NCBI GenBank assembly: GCA_963729785.1
Contig: CAVSPM010000029.1
Location: 104,748-168,747 of the forward strand
Direction of reading: 5' to 3'
DNA: 64,000 nt
Source: an uncultured beta proteobacterium
GTDB taxonomy: Bacteria > Pseudomonadota > Gammaproteobacteria > Burkholderiales > Burkholderiaceae_F
Below are positions 32,773 through 43,277 of this stretch, one piece after another (positions within the stretch are counted from its first letter, which is position 1; each line of letters begins with the position of its first letter). The position numbers were made by a program, and so were the translations under genes. The notes below the pieces were generated by a model, which saw nothing but the letters and a program-made list of their open reading frames with translations, was not told where the DNA came from and did not search any database.

Positions 32773-32922
32773 GTGGATCGGCGCGTGGCGTTCTTGCGCG
32801 CAGTCAACGTCGGCGGCCGCTCGGCCGTGAAGTTGGACCTGCTCAGCGAAGCGTGCGCGGCCACGGGGAAGGGGTCGACGGCGTGCCGCATCGCGCGCTG
32901 CGCCATCAGTCCCGGAAGATGA
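32773..32922 (+). pseudogene. N-terminal fragment of a DUF1697 family protein
   Basis: VDRRVAFLRAVNVGGRSAVKLDLLSEACAATG matches the DUF1697 N-terminus (xALLRxxNVGG), then runs into the convergent DMT gene; only 49 codons. Confidence 0.6.
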
Positions 32923-33250
32923 AATAGACCGCGCCGCACATGCACAAGGCCGCCCACAAGTAGTTCAGGCGCAGCGGCTGGTTCATGTAAAGGACCGCAA
33001 ACGGCACGAACACGGACAAGGTGATGACTTCCTGCAGGATTTTGAGCTGGCCCAAGTCGAATTGGCGGTACCCGATGCGGTTGGCCGGCACCTGCAGCAG
33101 GTACTCGAAGAGCGCGATGCCCCAACTGGCAAAGGCGGCGATATACCAGGGTCGGTCCGCCAGATTGCGCAAGTGCGCGTACCAGGCAAAGGTCATGAAC
33201 AGATTCGACAGCACCAGGAGCGATGCCGTCTGGAAGACGGTGCTCAGCAT
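32906..33250 (-). CDS. DMT family small membrane protein (DUF486)
   Basis: [47 protein letters not shown]; start overlaps the sdaA stop. Confidence 0.9.
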   Translation of the reverse strand: MLSTVFQTASLLVLSNLFMTFAWYAHLRNLADRPWYIAAFASWGIALFEYLLQVPANRIGYRQFDLGQLKILQEVITLSVFVPFAVLYMNQPLRLNYLWAALCMCGAVYFIFRD

Positions 33251-34635
33251 TCCACGATGTTGACCGCCAGCCCGCCACGGGCCGTTTCCTTGTACTTGGT
33301 CATCATGTCGGCACCGGTTTCGCGCATGGTCTTGATCACCTGGTCCAGGCTGACATGGTGCGTGCCGTCGCCGCGCAGCGCCATGCGCGCGGCATTGATC
33401 GCCTTGACCGAGGCGATGGCGTTGCGCTCGATGCACGGTATCTGCACCAACCCACCGACCGGGTCGCAGGTCAGTCCCAGGTGGTGCTCCATGCCGATCT
33501 CGGCGGCGTTCTCAACCTGCTCGGGCGTGCCACCCAACACCGCGCAAAGCGCCGCAGCCGCCATCGAGCAGGCCACGCCCACCTCGCCCTGGCAACCGAC
33601 CTCGGCCCCGCTGATCGAGGCATTCTCCTTGTACAGGATGCCGATGGCGGCGGCCGTCAACAGAAAATCCACCACCCCGGCATCGTTGGCATCCGGGACA
33701 AAGCGCACGTAGTAATGCAACACGGCTGGAATGATGCCCGCCGCGCCATTGGTCGGTGCGGTCACCACGCGACCGCCCGCCGCGTTCTCCTCATTGACCG
33801 CCAGCGCATAGAGATTCACCCAGTCGAGCACCAGCAGCGGATCCTGCTGCTCTTCGCTCGAGGCCCCGCGCAGGGCATGCAACAAACCGGCAGCGCGGCG
33901 CCGGACGCCAAATCCACCGGGCAAGGTGCCCTCGCTGTGACACCCCCGATCGATGCAGTCGCACATCGCCTGCCAGATCCGCAGCAGATGCGTGCGCGTC
34001 TCCTCGTCATTGCGCCAGTGGCGCTCGTTGCGGCGCATGATCTCGGCGATGCTGCAGGAGTACTTGCGTGCCAGGGCGAGCAGGTCGGCGCCGCTATGGA
34101 AGGGATATGGCAGCACGGTGGCATCGGGCGCGATGATTTTTTGGCGCGTTCCATCGCCGGCCACCTCCTCGCTCACGACGAACCCGCCTCCGACCGAGTA
34201 GTAGGTACGCGTGAGCAAGACCGCGCCGGTCGCGTCAAGGGCGGTGAACCGCATGCCGTTGGCGTGAAACGGCAGCGTTTCCCGGGCGTAGAACAGCAGG
34301 TCGGGTTTCTCGTCAAAATCGATCGCATGCTCGCCCAGCAGGCGGAGGCGCCCGCTGCCGCGGATCTCGCGCAGCATTTCCGGGATCGCATCGACATCGA
34401 CCGTGTGCGGTTCCTCGCCCATCAGGCCCAGCAAGATCGCCTTGTCGCTGCCGTGACCCATGCCGGTCGCACCCAGCGATCCGAAGAGCTCGGTCTTGAC
34501 GCGGCGCGTGACGCCAAACACCTCGGCATGGCGCAGCCCGAGCACGAACATCCGGGCCGCGCGCATGGGGCCAACCGTGTGCGAACTCGACGGCCCGATC
34601 CCAATCTTGAATAAGTCAAAAACGCTTACCGCCAC
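33244..34635 (-). CDS. sdaA: L-serine ammonia-lyase (Fe-S)
   Basis: [65 protein letters not shown]; GTG start after GGGAGG. Confidence 0.96.
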   Translation of the reverse strand: MAVSVFDLFKIGIGPSSSHTVGPMRAARMFVLGLRHAEVFGVTRRVKTELFGSLGATGMGHGSDKAILLGLMGEEPHTVDVDAIPEMLREIRGSGRLRLLGEHAIDFDEKPDLLFYARETLPFHANGMRFTALDATGAVLLTRTYYSVGGGFVVSEEVAGDGTRQKIIAPDATVLPYPFHSGADLLALARKYSCSIAEIMRRNERHWRNDEETRTHLLRIWQAMCDCIDRGCHSEGTLPGGFGVRRRAAGLLHALRGASSEEQQDPLLVLDWVNLYALAVNEENAAGGRVVTAPTNGAAGIIPAVLHYYVRFVPDANDAGVVDFLLTAAAIGILYKENASISGAEVGCQGEVGVACSMAAAALCAVLGGTPEQVENAAEIGMEHHLGLTCDPVGGLVQIPCIERNAIASVKAINAARMALRGDGTHHVSLDQVIKTMRETGADMMTKYKETARGGLAVNIVEC

Positions 34636-34897
34636 GAACGCCTCCCGCCATCGACGCCAAATGGCGGCCGATCGCTCATTGCGCATTGCCCGTCGATCTT
34701 CACCTGGGCCATGACCCTGGGCGCTGCGCGGTGCTCGACTTCGATCCCTCGCTTCACCCGTCGCCCGCGCCGAGCATAGCGCCCCGCCGCTCCTTATGCA
34801 CAGGGCTCATGAGCAGCCAATAATTGCTTGTTTGGGTCCGGCGCCCATCCAAACTATGATGCGCCATCGGCCCAACCGCCACACAGCGAGAGAAGAC

Positions 34898-36304
34898 TTG
34901 TCCCAACTTGCCAAAACAACCGGGGCGGCACCGTCGGACAGCGCCGCTCGGCCACCGGCTCGAACCTGGCATCGCACGGAAGACGCCTGGGCGATCGTCC
35001 TGGGGGTCGGATGGGTACTGGCCGCCGTCCTGGCCACGTGGGGCGGAACCAGCATCAAGTGGATCGCGGTGGTGCCGCAAAAATGGAATGCGCTCGGGGA
35101 CGCCTGGCAACAGCTCGGCGGCGATGCCACGCGCTACCTGGCCCTATTTGGCCTGTGGCTGGCGGCCTTCGGCGTGAGCACCCGCGCCCTGGGCATACGC
35201 ACGGCGCAGTTCGTGCCGGCGTTCGCGCTGCTGTTCGTCGTCTCGACCCTGATCATGGCGCTGGGGGCCTGGAGCCAGGCAGATCGCTACAACCTCGAGC
35301 CGCCGCTGGTTGCGCTCGCGCTGGGGCTGTTGCTGTCGAACACCGTCGGCCTGCCGCGTTGGCTCGACGCGGGTTTTCGTGTCGAGTTCTATGTCAAGAC
35401 CGGCATCGTGCTGCTGGGCGCGACACTGCCGCTGACGCTCATTTTCTCCGCCGGACCCGTGGCCATCATCCAGGCGGCCATCGTTTCGCTGGCGACCTTC
35501 GGCGTGATTTACCTGGTCGCCGTGCGCCTGGGACTGGAGCCGCGCTTTGCCGCGACGCTGGGCGCAGGCGGCGCGGTGTGCGGCGTGTCGGCGGCCATCG
35601 CCGTGGCCGGTGCGGTGGGAGCGAAGAAGGAGTGCGGTCCGATCACCATCACGATCGTCATCTTTTGGGCCATCTTGATGATCTTCGCCCTACCGCTGGT
35701 GGCACGATGGCTGGAGCTACCCACCGGCGTGGCCGGCGCGTGGATCGGCACCTCGGAGTTCGCCGACGCGGCCGGCTTTGCGGCCGCGCAGTCCTACGGC
35801 GGATACGCCGGTCAGGTAGCGGGAATCAGCGGCAGCGCGGACGACGCCGTCCACGCTTTCACCCTCATGAAAGTGCTCGGCCGCGACTTGTGGATCGGCA
35901 TCTGGGCCTTCGTGCTGTCGATCGTCGCCGTGACGCGCTGGGAGTCAACCGGGATCGACAGCCGCACCAGCGCCGGCGAGATCTGGCGGCGCTTTCCCAA
36001 GTTCGTCATCGGCTTTGTCCTCGCCTCGGCCCTCATCGCCGTCCTGGCAAACGCCTACGGCGGCGCCGGTTACAACAAGATCCTCAAGCCCGACTTGATT
36101 GCGCCGATCAAGAACCTGCGCACCTGGGCCTTCACCTTTTGTTTCCTCAGCATCGGCTTGACCACCCGGGGGCGCGATCTGGTCAGCGCAGGAAAACGCC
36201 CCTTCCTGGCGTTTACCGCCGGCGTCGTGGTGAACCTGGCGCTGGGTTACCTGCTGTCGGTGGTCGTCTTCGGCGACCACTGGGCGAGCCTGAGCGCGCA
36301 CTGA
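34898..36304 (+). CDS. YeiH / UPF0324 putative sulfate exporter family membrane protein (start uncertain; ORF open from 34796)
   Basis: Many TM segments; EFYVKTGIVLLGA, GGAVCGVSAAIA, AGAWIGTSEFADAAG, WRRFPKFVIGF, FLSIGLTT. Confidence 0.88.
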   Translation: MSQLAKTTGAAPSDSAARPPARTWHRTEDAWAIVLGVGWVLAAVLATWGGTSIKWIAVVPQKWNALGDAWQQLGGDATRYLALFGLWLAAFGVSTRALGIRTAQFVPAFALLFVVSTLIMALGAWSQADRYNLEPPLVALALGLLLSNTVGLPRWLDAGFRVEFYVKTGIVLLGATLPLTLIFSAGPVAIIQAAIVSLATFGVIYLVAVRLGLEPRFAATLGAGGAVCGVSAAIAVAGAVGAKKECGPITITIVIFWAILMIFALPLVARWLELPTGVAGAWIGTSEFADAAGFAAAQSYGGYAGQVAGISGSADDAVHAFTLMKVLGRDLWIGIWAFVLSIVAVTRWESTGIDSRTSAGEIWRRFPKFVIGFVLASALIAVLANAYGGAGYNKILKPDLIAPIKNLRTWAFTFCFLSIGLTTRGRDLVSAGKRPFLAFTAGVVVNLALGYLLSVVVFGDHWASLSAH

Positions 36305-36308
36305 ACCG

Positions 36309-36554
36309 ATGATGCGCGCCGTCTTGCGTCCGGCGCAAGCGCCCAGCCGTCCGACGGCCGACCGTTGCGGCGCCTGCCGCTTCTTTTGCAACGACCCGCT
36401 CTGGCTCGAGCAGGCGTCGGCCGGGCTGGCGGTGCTGAGTTCAGGCTTTGCGGCCGTGCGCGCCGGCGACGGCCTGTGCGGCTCGCACGGGCGCTATGTT
36501 TCGATCGGTTCGGGATGCGCGCGACATACGCCGAACGAACCCGTCGGGTGCTGA
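36309..36554 (+). CDS. Small Cys-rich putative metal / Fe-S-binding protein
   Basis: Begins 4 nt after the YeiH stop; CGACRFF...DGLCGSHGRYVSIGSGC pattern; 81 aa. Confidence 0.65.
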   Translation: MMRAVLRPAQAPSRPTADRCGACRFFCNDPLWLEQASAGLAVLSSGFAAVRAGDGLCGSHGRYVSIGSGCARHTPNEPVGC

Positions 36555-36591
36555 TCCGCGCGGCGCACTTGGACCGACGCTTGGGCGGACG

Positions 36592-37149
36592 TCATTGGGC
36601 CGGCGGGCGGGCGGTCGCCCGCGCCTCTCGCTCGCGCTTGGCCCGCAGCACGCGAAATCGCCAGCGCACCAGCCCGATCGCGTAGCAAATGTAGTAGCCG
36701 GCCAGCAGCCCGAAGACTGCCAACGTCAGCGTGCTGCTGGCGAATTCGTGCATGCCGCGAGGCGCCGCGGGATCGATGGCGTAGACCTCGATCAGGCGCA
36801 CGACGATGCGCCCGGCAAACAGCAACGAAAGAGCGATGCCCAGGTGCGCGTTGGGCGTGTAGAACAATCCCTTGCGGGTCGGTTCGAAGCGCGTATGGCG
36901 CAGCCCGAAGCGCCCGAGCAGGGCTCCGGCGCCCAGCCCAGCTGCCAGCCAGGCCAAGCTTCGTAACTGCGGAAAAGCCGCCCAGCCCAGCAGCGCGACC
37001 AGCGCCGGGAAGATGGCCAGCGTGATCCACGGCCGGACCCGGGACAGGCGCTGGCGGCCGACCATGCGCCGAAACCGCGCGTAGACGCGCCACGCGATCA
37101 GCGGCAACAAAATGAGCAGCGTGATGGTGGAGGGGCTGGGCACGCTCAT
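36592..37149 (-). CDS. DUF1453 / CcdC-like membrane protein
   Basis: LIAWRVYARFRRMVGRQRL, FGLRHTRFE, FYTPNAHLGIALSLLFAGR. Confidence 0.8.
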   Translation of the reverse strand: MSVPSPSTITLLILLPLIAWRVYARFRRMVGRQRLSRVRPWITLAIFPALVALLGWAAFPQLRSLAWLAAGLGAGALLGRFGLRHTRFEPTRKGLFYTPNAHLGIALSLLFAGRIVVRLIEVYAIDPAAPRGMHEFASSTLTLAVFGLLAGYYICYAIGLVRWRFRVLRAKREREARATARPPAQ

Positions 37150-37373
37150 CGCCTGGAGCGCTCGCTGCCGTGGCCGGACCCGGCGCATCGGGGGCAAGGC
37201 GCGCATACGCGCGGATTCGGCGCCATGATTGCGGGCCGCCCGGAGCGGCCGCGCTTGGCGCTCGCCGTTGCCCCCTTGCGGCCATCGCGACCGACCCGGG
37301 GCGAGTCCGTCACGCCAGCAGCCAGGGTCGACTGCCGAACCTGCGCGGCACGCGCCATGGTGGTCGCCCGGCC

Positions 37374-39626
37374 CTATTCGCGCACGCAGTCGAGGCAGTA
37401 TTCGACCTTGCCCTCGCGTTCGCTCTTGACCAGTCCGTGAATGTCGGTTTCGAATCCGGGAAAGCGCGCATTGAATTCGCGTGCGAATTTGAGGTAGTTC
37501 ACGATCTGGGCGTTGACCCGTTCGCCCGGGATGAGCAGGGGGATGCCCGGCGGATAGGGCGTCAGCAGCACGCCGCACACGCGCCCCTCGATCTGGTCGA
37601 TCGGCACGCGATCGATCTCGTTGTGCGCCATGTGCGCGTAGGCCCTGGCCGGGATCATGGCCGGCTCCATGACCGAGGTATACATCTCGGTCGTCAGCCG
37701 CGCGATGTCGCTGGCGCGGTAGATCGCGTGGATCGCCAGGCACAGTTCGCGCAGACCCAGCGGTTCGTAATGCGGATGGGCGCGTACGAACTCGGGCATC
37801 ACCCGGAGCAGCGGCTGGTTGCTATCGTAGTCGTCCTTGAACTGCTGCAATTCCGTCACCAGGGTATTCCACCGTCCCTTGGTAATGCCGATCGTGAACA
37901 TGATGAAGAACGAGTACAGGCCCGTCTTCTCGACGACAATGCCGTGCTCGGTCAGGTACTTGGTCAATACCGAGGCCGGGATCCCGACTTCGTCGAACGA
38001 TCCGTCGACATCCAGGCCCGGCGTGATGATGGTGGCCTTGATCGGATCGAGCATGTTGAAGTCCGCCGCCAGATCGCCGAAGCCGTGCCAGCGCTCGCCG
38101 GCGCGCAGCATCCAGTAGTCGCGCTGCGGCGCGCCCTCGGGCAGCGCAGCCTCGGGGCCCCAGACCTGGAACCACCAGGAGTCGCCGTACTCGGCGTCGA
38201 TCTTGCGCATGGCGCGGCGGAAATCGAGCGCCTCATTGAGCGATTCCTCGACCAAGGCCGGACCGCCGGGCGATTCCATCATCGCCGCAGCGACGTCGCA
38301 GGAGGCGATGATCGCGTATTGCGGCGAAGTTGAGGTATGCATCATGTACGCCTCGTTGAACATCCAGCGGTCGAGGCTTTCGCTCTGGGAATTCTGGATC
38401 AGGATCTGCGATGCCTGGGACAGGCCCGCCAGCATCTTGTGGGTCGACTGGGTGGCGAACACCATGGACTTGCGCGCGCGCTCGCGCGGCTGAGCCACGC
38501 CGCCGATCGCGTGCATGTCGCGGTAGAAGCTCGTTGAACGCGGCGTGCGGCAACCAGGCTTCGTCGAACAGCAGCGAGTCGACCCGACCGTCAAGCAAAC
38601 CCTTGATGGTCTCGACGTTGTAGACGATGCCATCGTAGGTGCTCTGCGTCAGGGTCAGGATGCGCGGCTTGCCCTCGTTGCCCTTCACCAGGGGATGTTC
38701 GCGCACGCGCGCCTCGATGTTCTCCCAGCGGAACTCGTCGATGCGGGATCGGTCCGATGATGCCGTAATGGTTGCGTGTCGGCTTGAGAAACACCGGGAT
38801 CGCGCCCGTCATGGTGATCGCGTGCAGCACGGATTTGTGGCAGTTGCGGTCGACGACCACGACGTCGCCCGGAGCCACGATGTAGTGCCAGACGATCTTG
38901 TTCGACGTCGACGTGCCGTTGGTGACGAAGAACAGGTGGTCGGCGCCGAAGATGCGCGCGGCGTTGCGCTCGGCGGCGGCGACCGGCCCGGTGTGATCGA
39001 GCAGCTGTCCGAGTTCGTCGACGGCATTGCATACGTCGGCGCGCAGCAGGTTCTCGCCGAAGAACTGGTGGAACATGCGCCCGACCGGACTCTTGAGGAA
39101 GGCCACGCCGCCGGAATGTCCCGGGCAGTGCCACGAATATGAGCTGTCCTGGGCATACTGCGGTCAGGGCGCGGAAAAAGGGCGGGGCCAGCCCGTCCAG
39201 GTAGGCCCGCGCCTCGCGCACGATGTAGCGAGCGACGAACTCGGGCGTGTCCTCGTACATGTGAATGAAGCCGTGCAACTCGCGCAGGATGTCGTTGGGC
39301 AGGTGCCGCGAAGTGCGCGTCTCGCCATACAGGAAGATCGGAATGTCGGCGTTGCGAAAGCGGATCTCCTCGAGAAACGCGCGCAGGTCGGCGACGATCG
39401 GGCTGCCCTCGGTGGCCGGCAGTTCCTCGTCGTCGACGGACAGGATGAAGGCCGAAGCGCGGCTGTGCTGCTGGGCGAATCCGCGCACGTCGCTGAAGCT
39501 CGTCACGCCGATGATCTCCACGCCCTCCTCCTCGAGGGCTCGCGTCAGCGCGCGAATGCCCACGCCGCTGGCGTTCTCCGAACGGAAATCTTCGTCGATG
39601 ACGACGATGGGAAACCGAAAGCGCAT
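37374..39626 (-). CDS. Arginine/lysine/ornithine decarboxylase (PLP-dependent, wing-domain type; apparent frameshifts near 39165, 38745 and 38530)
   Basis: MRFRFPIVVIDEDFRSENASG, FVTNGTSTSNK, DRNCHKS, TQSTYDG, FDEAW, TQSTHKML, HTSTSPQY, PYPPGIP. Confidence 0.92.
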
Positions 39627-39840
39627 GGTCATGGCGGCAGCGGCGACCTTTGGGGTCGGCGTCTCAAAGAAGGCGGCGGTTGCAGACCGGCAGCGGGGCT
39701 GGACGGCTCGTGGTGCGAACTCAAGGACTTGGACTGTAAACGAAGCCGACCCCAGCCGCTTGGAACCGGGCGGGGCGGGCATTCTTGCTGCGCCTTTGGG
39801 GCCGCGCCCGCCGCCGGCCGGACGCGCCGCGGCGCGCGGG

Positions 39841-40856
39841 TCAGCCCGGGTATCCCTCGGGGTTCATGCGCTGCCAGCGCCAGTTGTCGGCGCACATCTG
39901 CTCCATCGTGCGCGCGGCGCTCCAGTCGAGCTCGCGCGCCGCACGTGACGGATCCGCCCAGCAGCTAGCGACGTCGCCCGGCCGACGCGGCGCGAACACG
40001 TAGGGCACCCGATGGCCGGACACGCCCTCGAAGGCGCGAATCGCGTCCAGTACGCTGTAGCCACGACCGGTACCGAGGTTGTAGACGCGCACGCCGGCCT
40101 GCCCGTGGCGGCGGCGCAGCGCGGCAAGATGGCCCTCGACCAGGTCGAGCACGTGGATGTAGTCGCGCACACCGGTACCGTCCGCCGTCGGGTAGTCATT
40201 GCCGTACACCGTAAGGTGTGGCCGGCGCCCGACCGCGACCTGCGCGATGAAGGGCATGAGATTGTTGGGCACTCCCTGGGGATCCTCCCCCAGCTGGCCG
40301 CTGGGATGGGCGCCGACCGGGTTGAAGTAGCGCAGCAGCGTCACGGACCAGTCGGCGTGCGCGGCCGCCAGATCGCGCAGCATGTCCTCGACGATCAGTT
40401 TGGTCCGGCCGTAGGGGTTGGTGACGTCGAGTCGGCGCGTCCTCGTCGACTGGCATCGTTTTGGCGTCGCCGTACACCGTGGCCGAAGAGCTGAAAGACG
40501 ATGGTGCGCACGCCGGCGGCATCGAGTGCGCCCAGCAGCATGCACGAGCCGTGGACGTTGTTGTCGTAGTACGCCAATGGCTGTTGCACGGACTGGCCGA
40601 CCGCCTTGAGTCCGGCAAAATGGATGGCGGCGTCGATACGGTGTCGGGCCAGGACCTCATCGAGACGGCGGCGGTCGCGCACGTCGGCCTCGAAGAAGAC
40701 CGGGCGCCGGCCCGTCACCGCGGCGATCCGGTCCAGTACGGCCGGCTTGCTGTTCGAGAAATTGTCCAGCAGGATCGGATCAAACCCCGATTCCATCAGC
40801 CGTACGCACATCAGGCTGCCGATGTAGCCGGTTCCACCGGATAAAAGAATGTTCAT
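39841..40856 (-). CDS. galE: UDP-glucose 4-epimerase (apparent frameshifts near 40430-40490)
   Basis: GGTGYIGS, HFAGLKAVG, FSSSATVYG, NPYGRTK, LRYFNPVGAHPSG, GTGVRDYIHV. Confidence 0.93.
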
Positions 40857-40933
40857 TGCTTCATCTTAGGGCACCAGCGGACCGAAACATCCACTTTCGT
40901 TTCATGAAATGACGGAGACTCTTCCCAACATGA

Positions 40934-41651
40934 ATGCTGTTTCGCGCGACCCAGAAGATCATCAGCGGGAGGACCCCGCCTGCGCGGCACCGCAGCGCGC
41001 GAACCCGCGTGCGCCGCATCGCGGAGAACGCCCGCTACGACGCCGCCACCGTCCGGCGCATCGTCGACGCAGCCTGGCTGTGCCATATCGCCTTTACGGA
41101 CGAGCACGGCGGCGTGCATTGCATTCCGACCGCCTGCTGGCGTCAACGGGACCATGTCTACATCCACGGCTCCAATGGCAGCCGCATGCTCAAGGCGCTT
41201 CAGGCCCGCCGGGACGCGGCGCTGACGATCACCCACCTGGACGGACTGGTGCTGGCGCGCTCGGCCTTCAATCATGTCGATGAACTACCGCTCGGTCGTG
41301 GTCTATGGCCGCTTCGAGACGGTGCCCGAGGACGACAAGGCGTCCGCGCTTGCGGCCCTCATGGAACACTTGGCCCCTGGCCGCCAGGGCCTGGTTCGGC
41401 CGGGCGACGCGACCGAACTGGCGGCCACGACCGTGTTGCGCCTGAGCTTGGCGGAGGCGGCCGCCAAGGTGCGCAACGGTCCGCCGATCGACGATGGCGC
41501 CGACATGGCCCTATCGGTCTGGGCCGGCGTGCTTCCGCTGCACACCGTTGCCGGGGCACCCCAAGCCGACCCGGCAGGCGCTCCGCACTCGGCGGCGGAC
41601 GCGCCGGAGCACGTCCGGCGGTGGCTGGACCGTTCGTTCACACCGGATTGA
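40934..41651 (+). CDS. Pyridoxamine 5'-phosphate oxidase-like flavin-binding protein (NimA-like; frameshift near 41278; start uncertain)
   Basis: RVRRIAENARYD, CHIAF, YIHGSNGSRML, DGLVLARSAFNH / SMNYRSVVVYG, AKVRNGPP, VWAGVLP. Confidence 0.88.
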
Positions 41652-41723
41652 GAAACCCCCCTGTTTTGGTTGGGCAAAAGATCAACCGGCTTTGGGGGTC
41701 AATAAAAAGAATGCGAAAACCCC

Positions 41724-41750
41724 TCAAGTTGCAGCGTTTCGCGCCGTTGA
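41724..41750 (+). promoter_or_regulatory. Sigma-28 (FliA)-like promoter upstream of the bcsQ locus
   Basis: TCAAG-N14-GCCGTTGA, close to the TCAAG/TAAAG-N14-GCCGATAA consensus, in an AT-rich intergenic region. Confidence 0.5.
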
Positions 41751-41796
41751 TCCAGTCAACCTGAGTCGCTGCCTTGACGAATCGGTGGAACGTTCC

Positions 41797-42039
41797 ATGG
41801 CCGGATCACGCGACCTGTCCGCCCGCCTGCGCCGTCGCGGCGAACGAGTGCCGGCCGACGGTGCCGTCGCCCGCACGTACCCGAGCCAGGACCTGACCGG
41901 CAAACCAACGCACCACGGCTCATCGCAGCCGCGGCCGGGCGACGCGCACCGCGCATTGCACCAGCCGGTGCGCCGCATGCTCGTGTACTTCTCCCATGCC
42001 AGGCTTCGGCCAGGGACGCCATGCTGCAGATCTTCGTAA
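41797..42039 (+). other. Possible degenerate bcsP/bcsR-like small ORF
   Basis: MAGSRDLSARLRRRG... lies just after the promoter and ahead of bcsQ, where bcsP/bcsR normally sit. Similarity is weak and limited to the N-terminus. Confidence 0.25.
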
Positions 42040-42120
42040 AGTCCTTGGCTCGCAGTGCCCTCCCGACCGATGGCCAGCACCCGCGCTGCGCGCGAGCGCT
42101 GACGTTGGGCGAGCGCTGAA

Positions 42121-42891
42121 ATGCCGACGGTCGCCATCGTTTCGCCCTGCGGCGGAACCGGTCGCAGTACGCTGGCCGCCTTGCTGGCCACCCTGAGCGC
42201 CCGCAGCGGGGTTTGGGCGCTGGCGGTCGAATGCGATCCGCAAAATCTGCTGGCCCTGCATTTCGGCGCCGCGCAAGCGCCTGTGCACGGCCTGGCCAGT
42301 CGTGCGGCGCGCGCCCAGGCCTGGAACACCGCGGCGCTGGCCGCCAAGGACGGCACCTTGTTGCTGCCCTTCGGCGCCCTGGATCCGCCGGCGCTGGTCG
42401 ACTGGGAGCGGCGGCTGGTGACTGAACCGGATTGGCTGGCGGCGAGTCTGGGCAGCCTGGCGCGTCCCGCCAATGGTTGGACCTTCATCGACACGCCGCG
42501 CTTGCCGGCTGTCCTGGCGCGCCAAGCGGTCCGGGCCGCCGACCTCGCCTTGCTCGTGCTGCGTGCCGATGCCGCCTCGATGGCCTTGCTCGAGGCCGCC
42601 TTGGCCATGCTCGAAGGCACGCCGACCTATGCGGTCGTCAATGCCTACGAGGCCGGCGCTCGGCTGCCATCCGACGTTCTGGCCGCACTCTACGACCGTC
42701 TCGGTTCGCGGCTAGCGCCCAAGCCGGTGCATCGCGACGAGGCCATACCCGAAGCCTTCGCACGCCGCAGGTCACCGGACGATCATTCGCCGCATGCGCA
42801 GGCGGTGCACGATCTGCACGGGCTCTTGCGCTGGCTTCAGCGTCAATGCCAACCCATGAAGGAACCGCGCACCGGCAGCAATGTCGTATGA
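42121..42891 (+). CDS. bcsQ: Cellulose biosynthesis ParA/MinD-like protein BcsQ (YhjQ)
   Basis: VAIVSPCGGTGRSTLAA, ECDPQNLLALHFG, LLPFGAL, FIDTP, VHRDEAIPEAFA, PHAQAVHD. Confidence 0.85.
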   Translation: MPTVAIVSPCGGTGRSTLAALLATLSARSGVWALAVECDPQNLLALHFGAAQAPVHGLASRAARAQAWNTAALAAKDGTLLLPFGALDPPALVDWERRLVTEPDWLAASLGSLARPANGWTFIDTPRLPAVLARQAVRAADLALLVLRADAASMALLEAALAMLEGTPTYAVVNAYEAGARLPSDVLAALYDRLGSRLAPKPVHRDEAIPEAFARRRSPDDHSPHAQAVHDLHGLLRWLQRQCQPMKEPRTGSNVV

Positions 42892-43277
42892 GGCGCTCGC
42901 GCCGCAACTGCGGCCCCTGCTCCCGCTGCCCAAGCAAGGGCTGGCAACCCCACACAAGATCGAGCGATCGGCGCACCTGCGTCACTGGCGCGTTCGTGCG
43001 GCCCCCCGTGCCCGGGGCGCCGGCTCTATGGCGGCGTCGATCCACGCCCTCTGGCGCTGACCCGTTGCGGCAAGCCTGACGGAGACCGTGCACGCCGATG
43101 CGGTCAATCCTGCGATCCGGCGACGGGGAGCCGGCCCTGGCGACGCGCGTCACAGGACAGCGCAAGCGGCGCCTGGCCGGGCCTAGCGACCGGCGTACGC
43201 CTAGCTGACCGTCGGGCCCGCTGGGCGCGTCCTCACCGTGATACGCTGACGGCCAATCGCAACAGGTCCATTACGAG

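Noticed and set aside
37374-41651. Programmed frameshifting in the decarboxylase, galE and flavin-binding genes (also TraB, frmA and the hydrolase)
   Set aside because: The shifts are scattered through ordinary enzymes with no shared slippery site or downstream structure. Sequencing indels are the simpler explanation.
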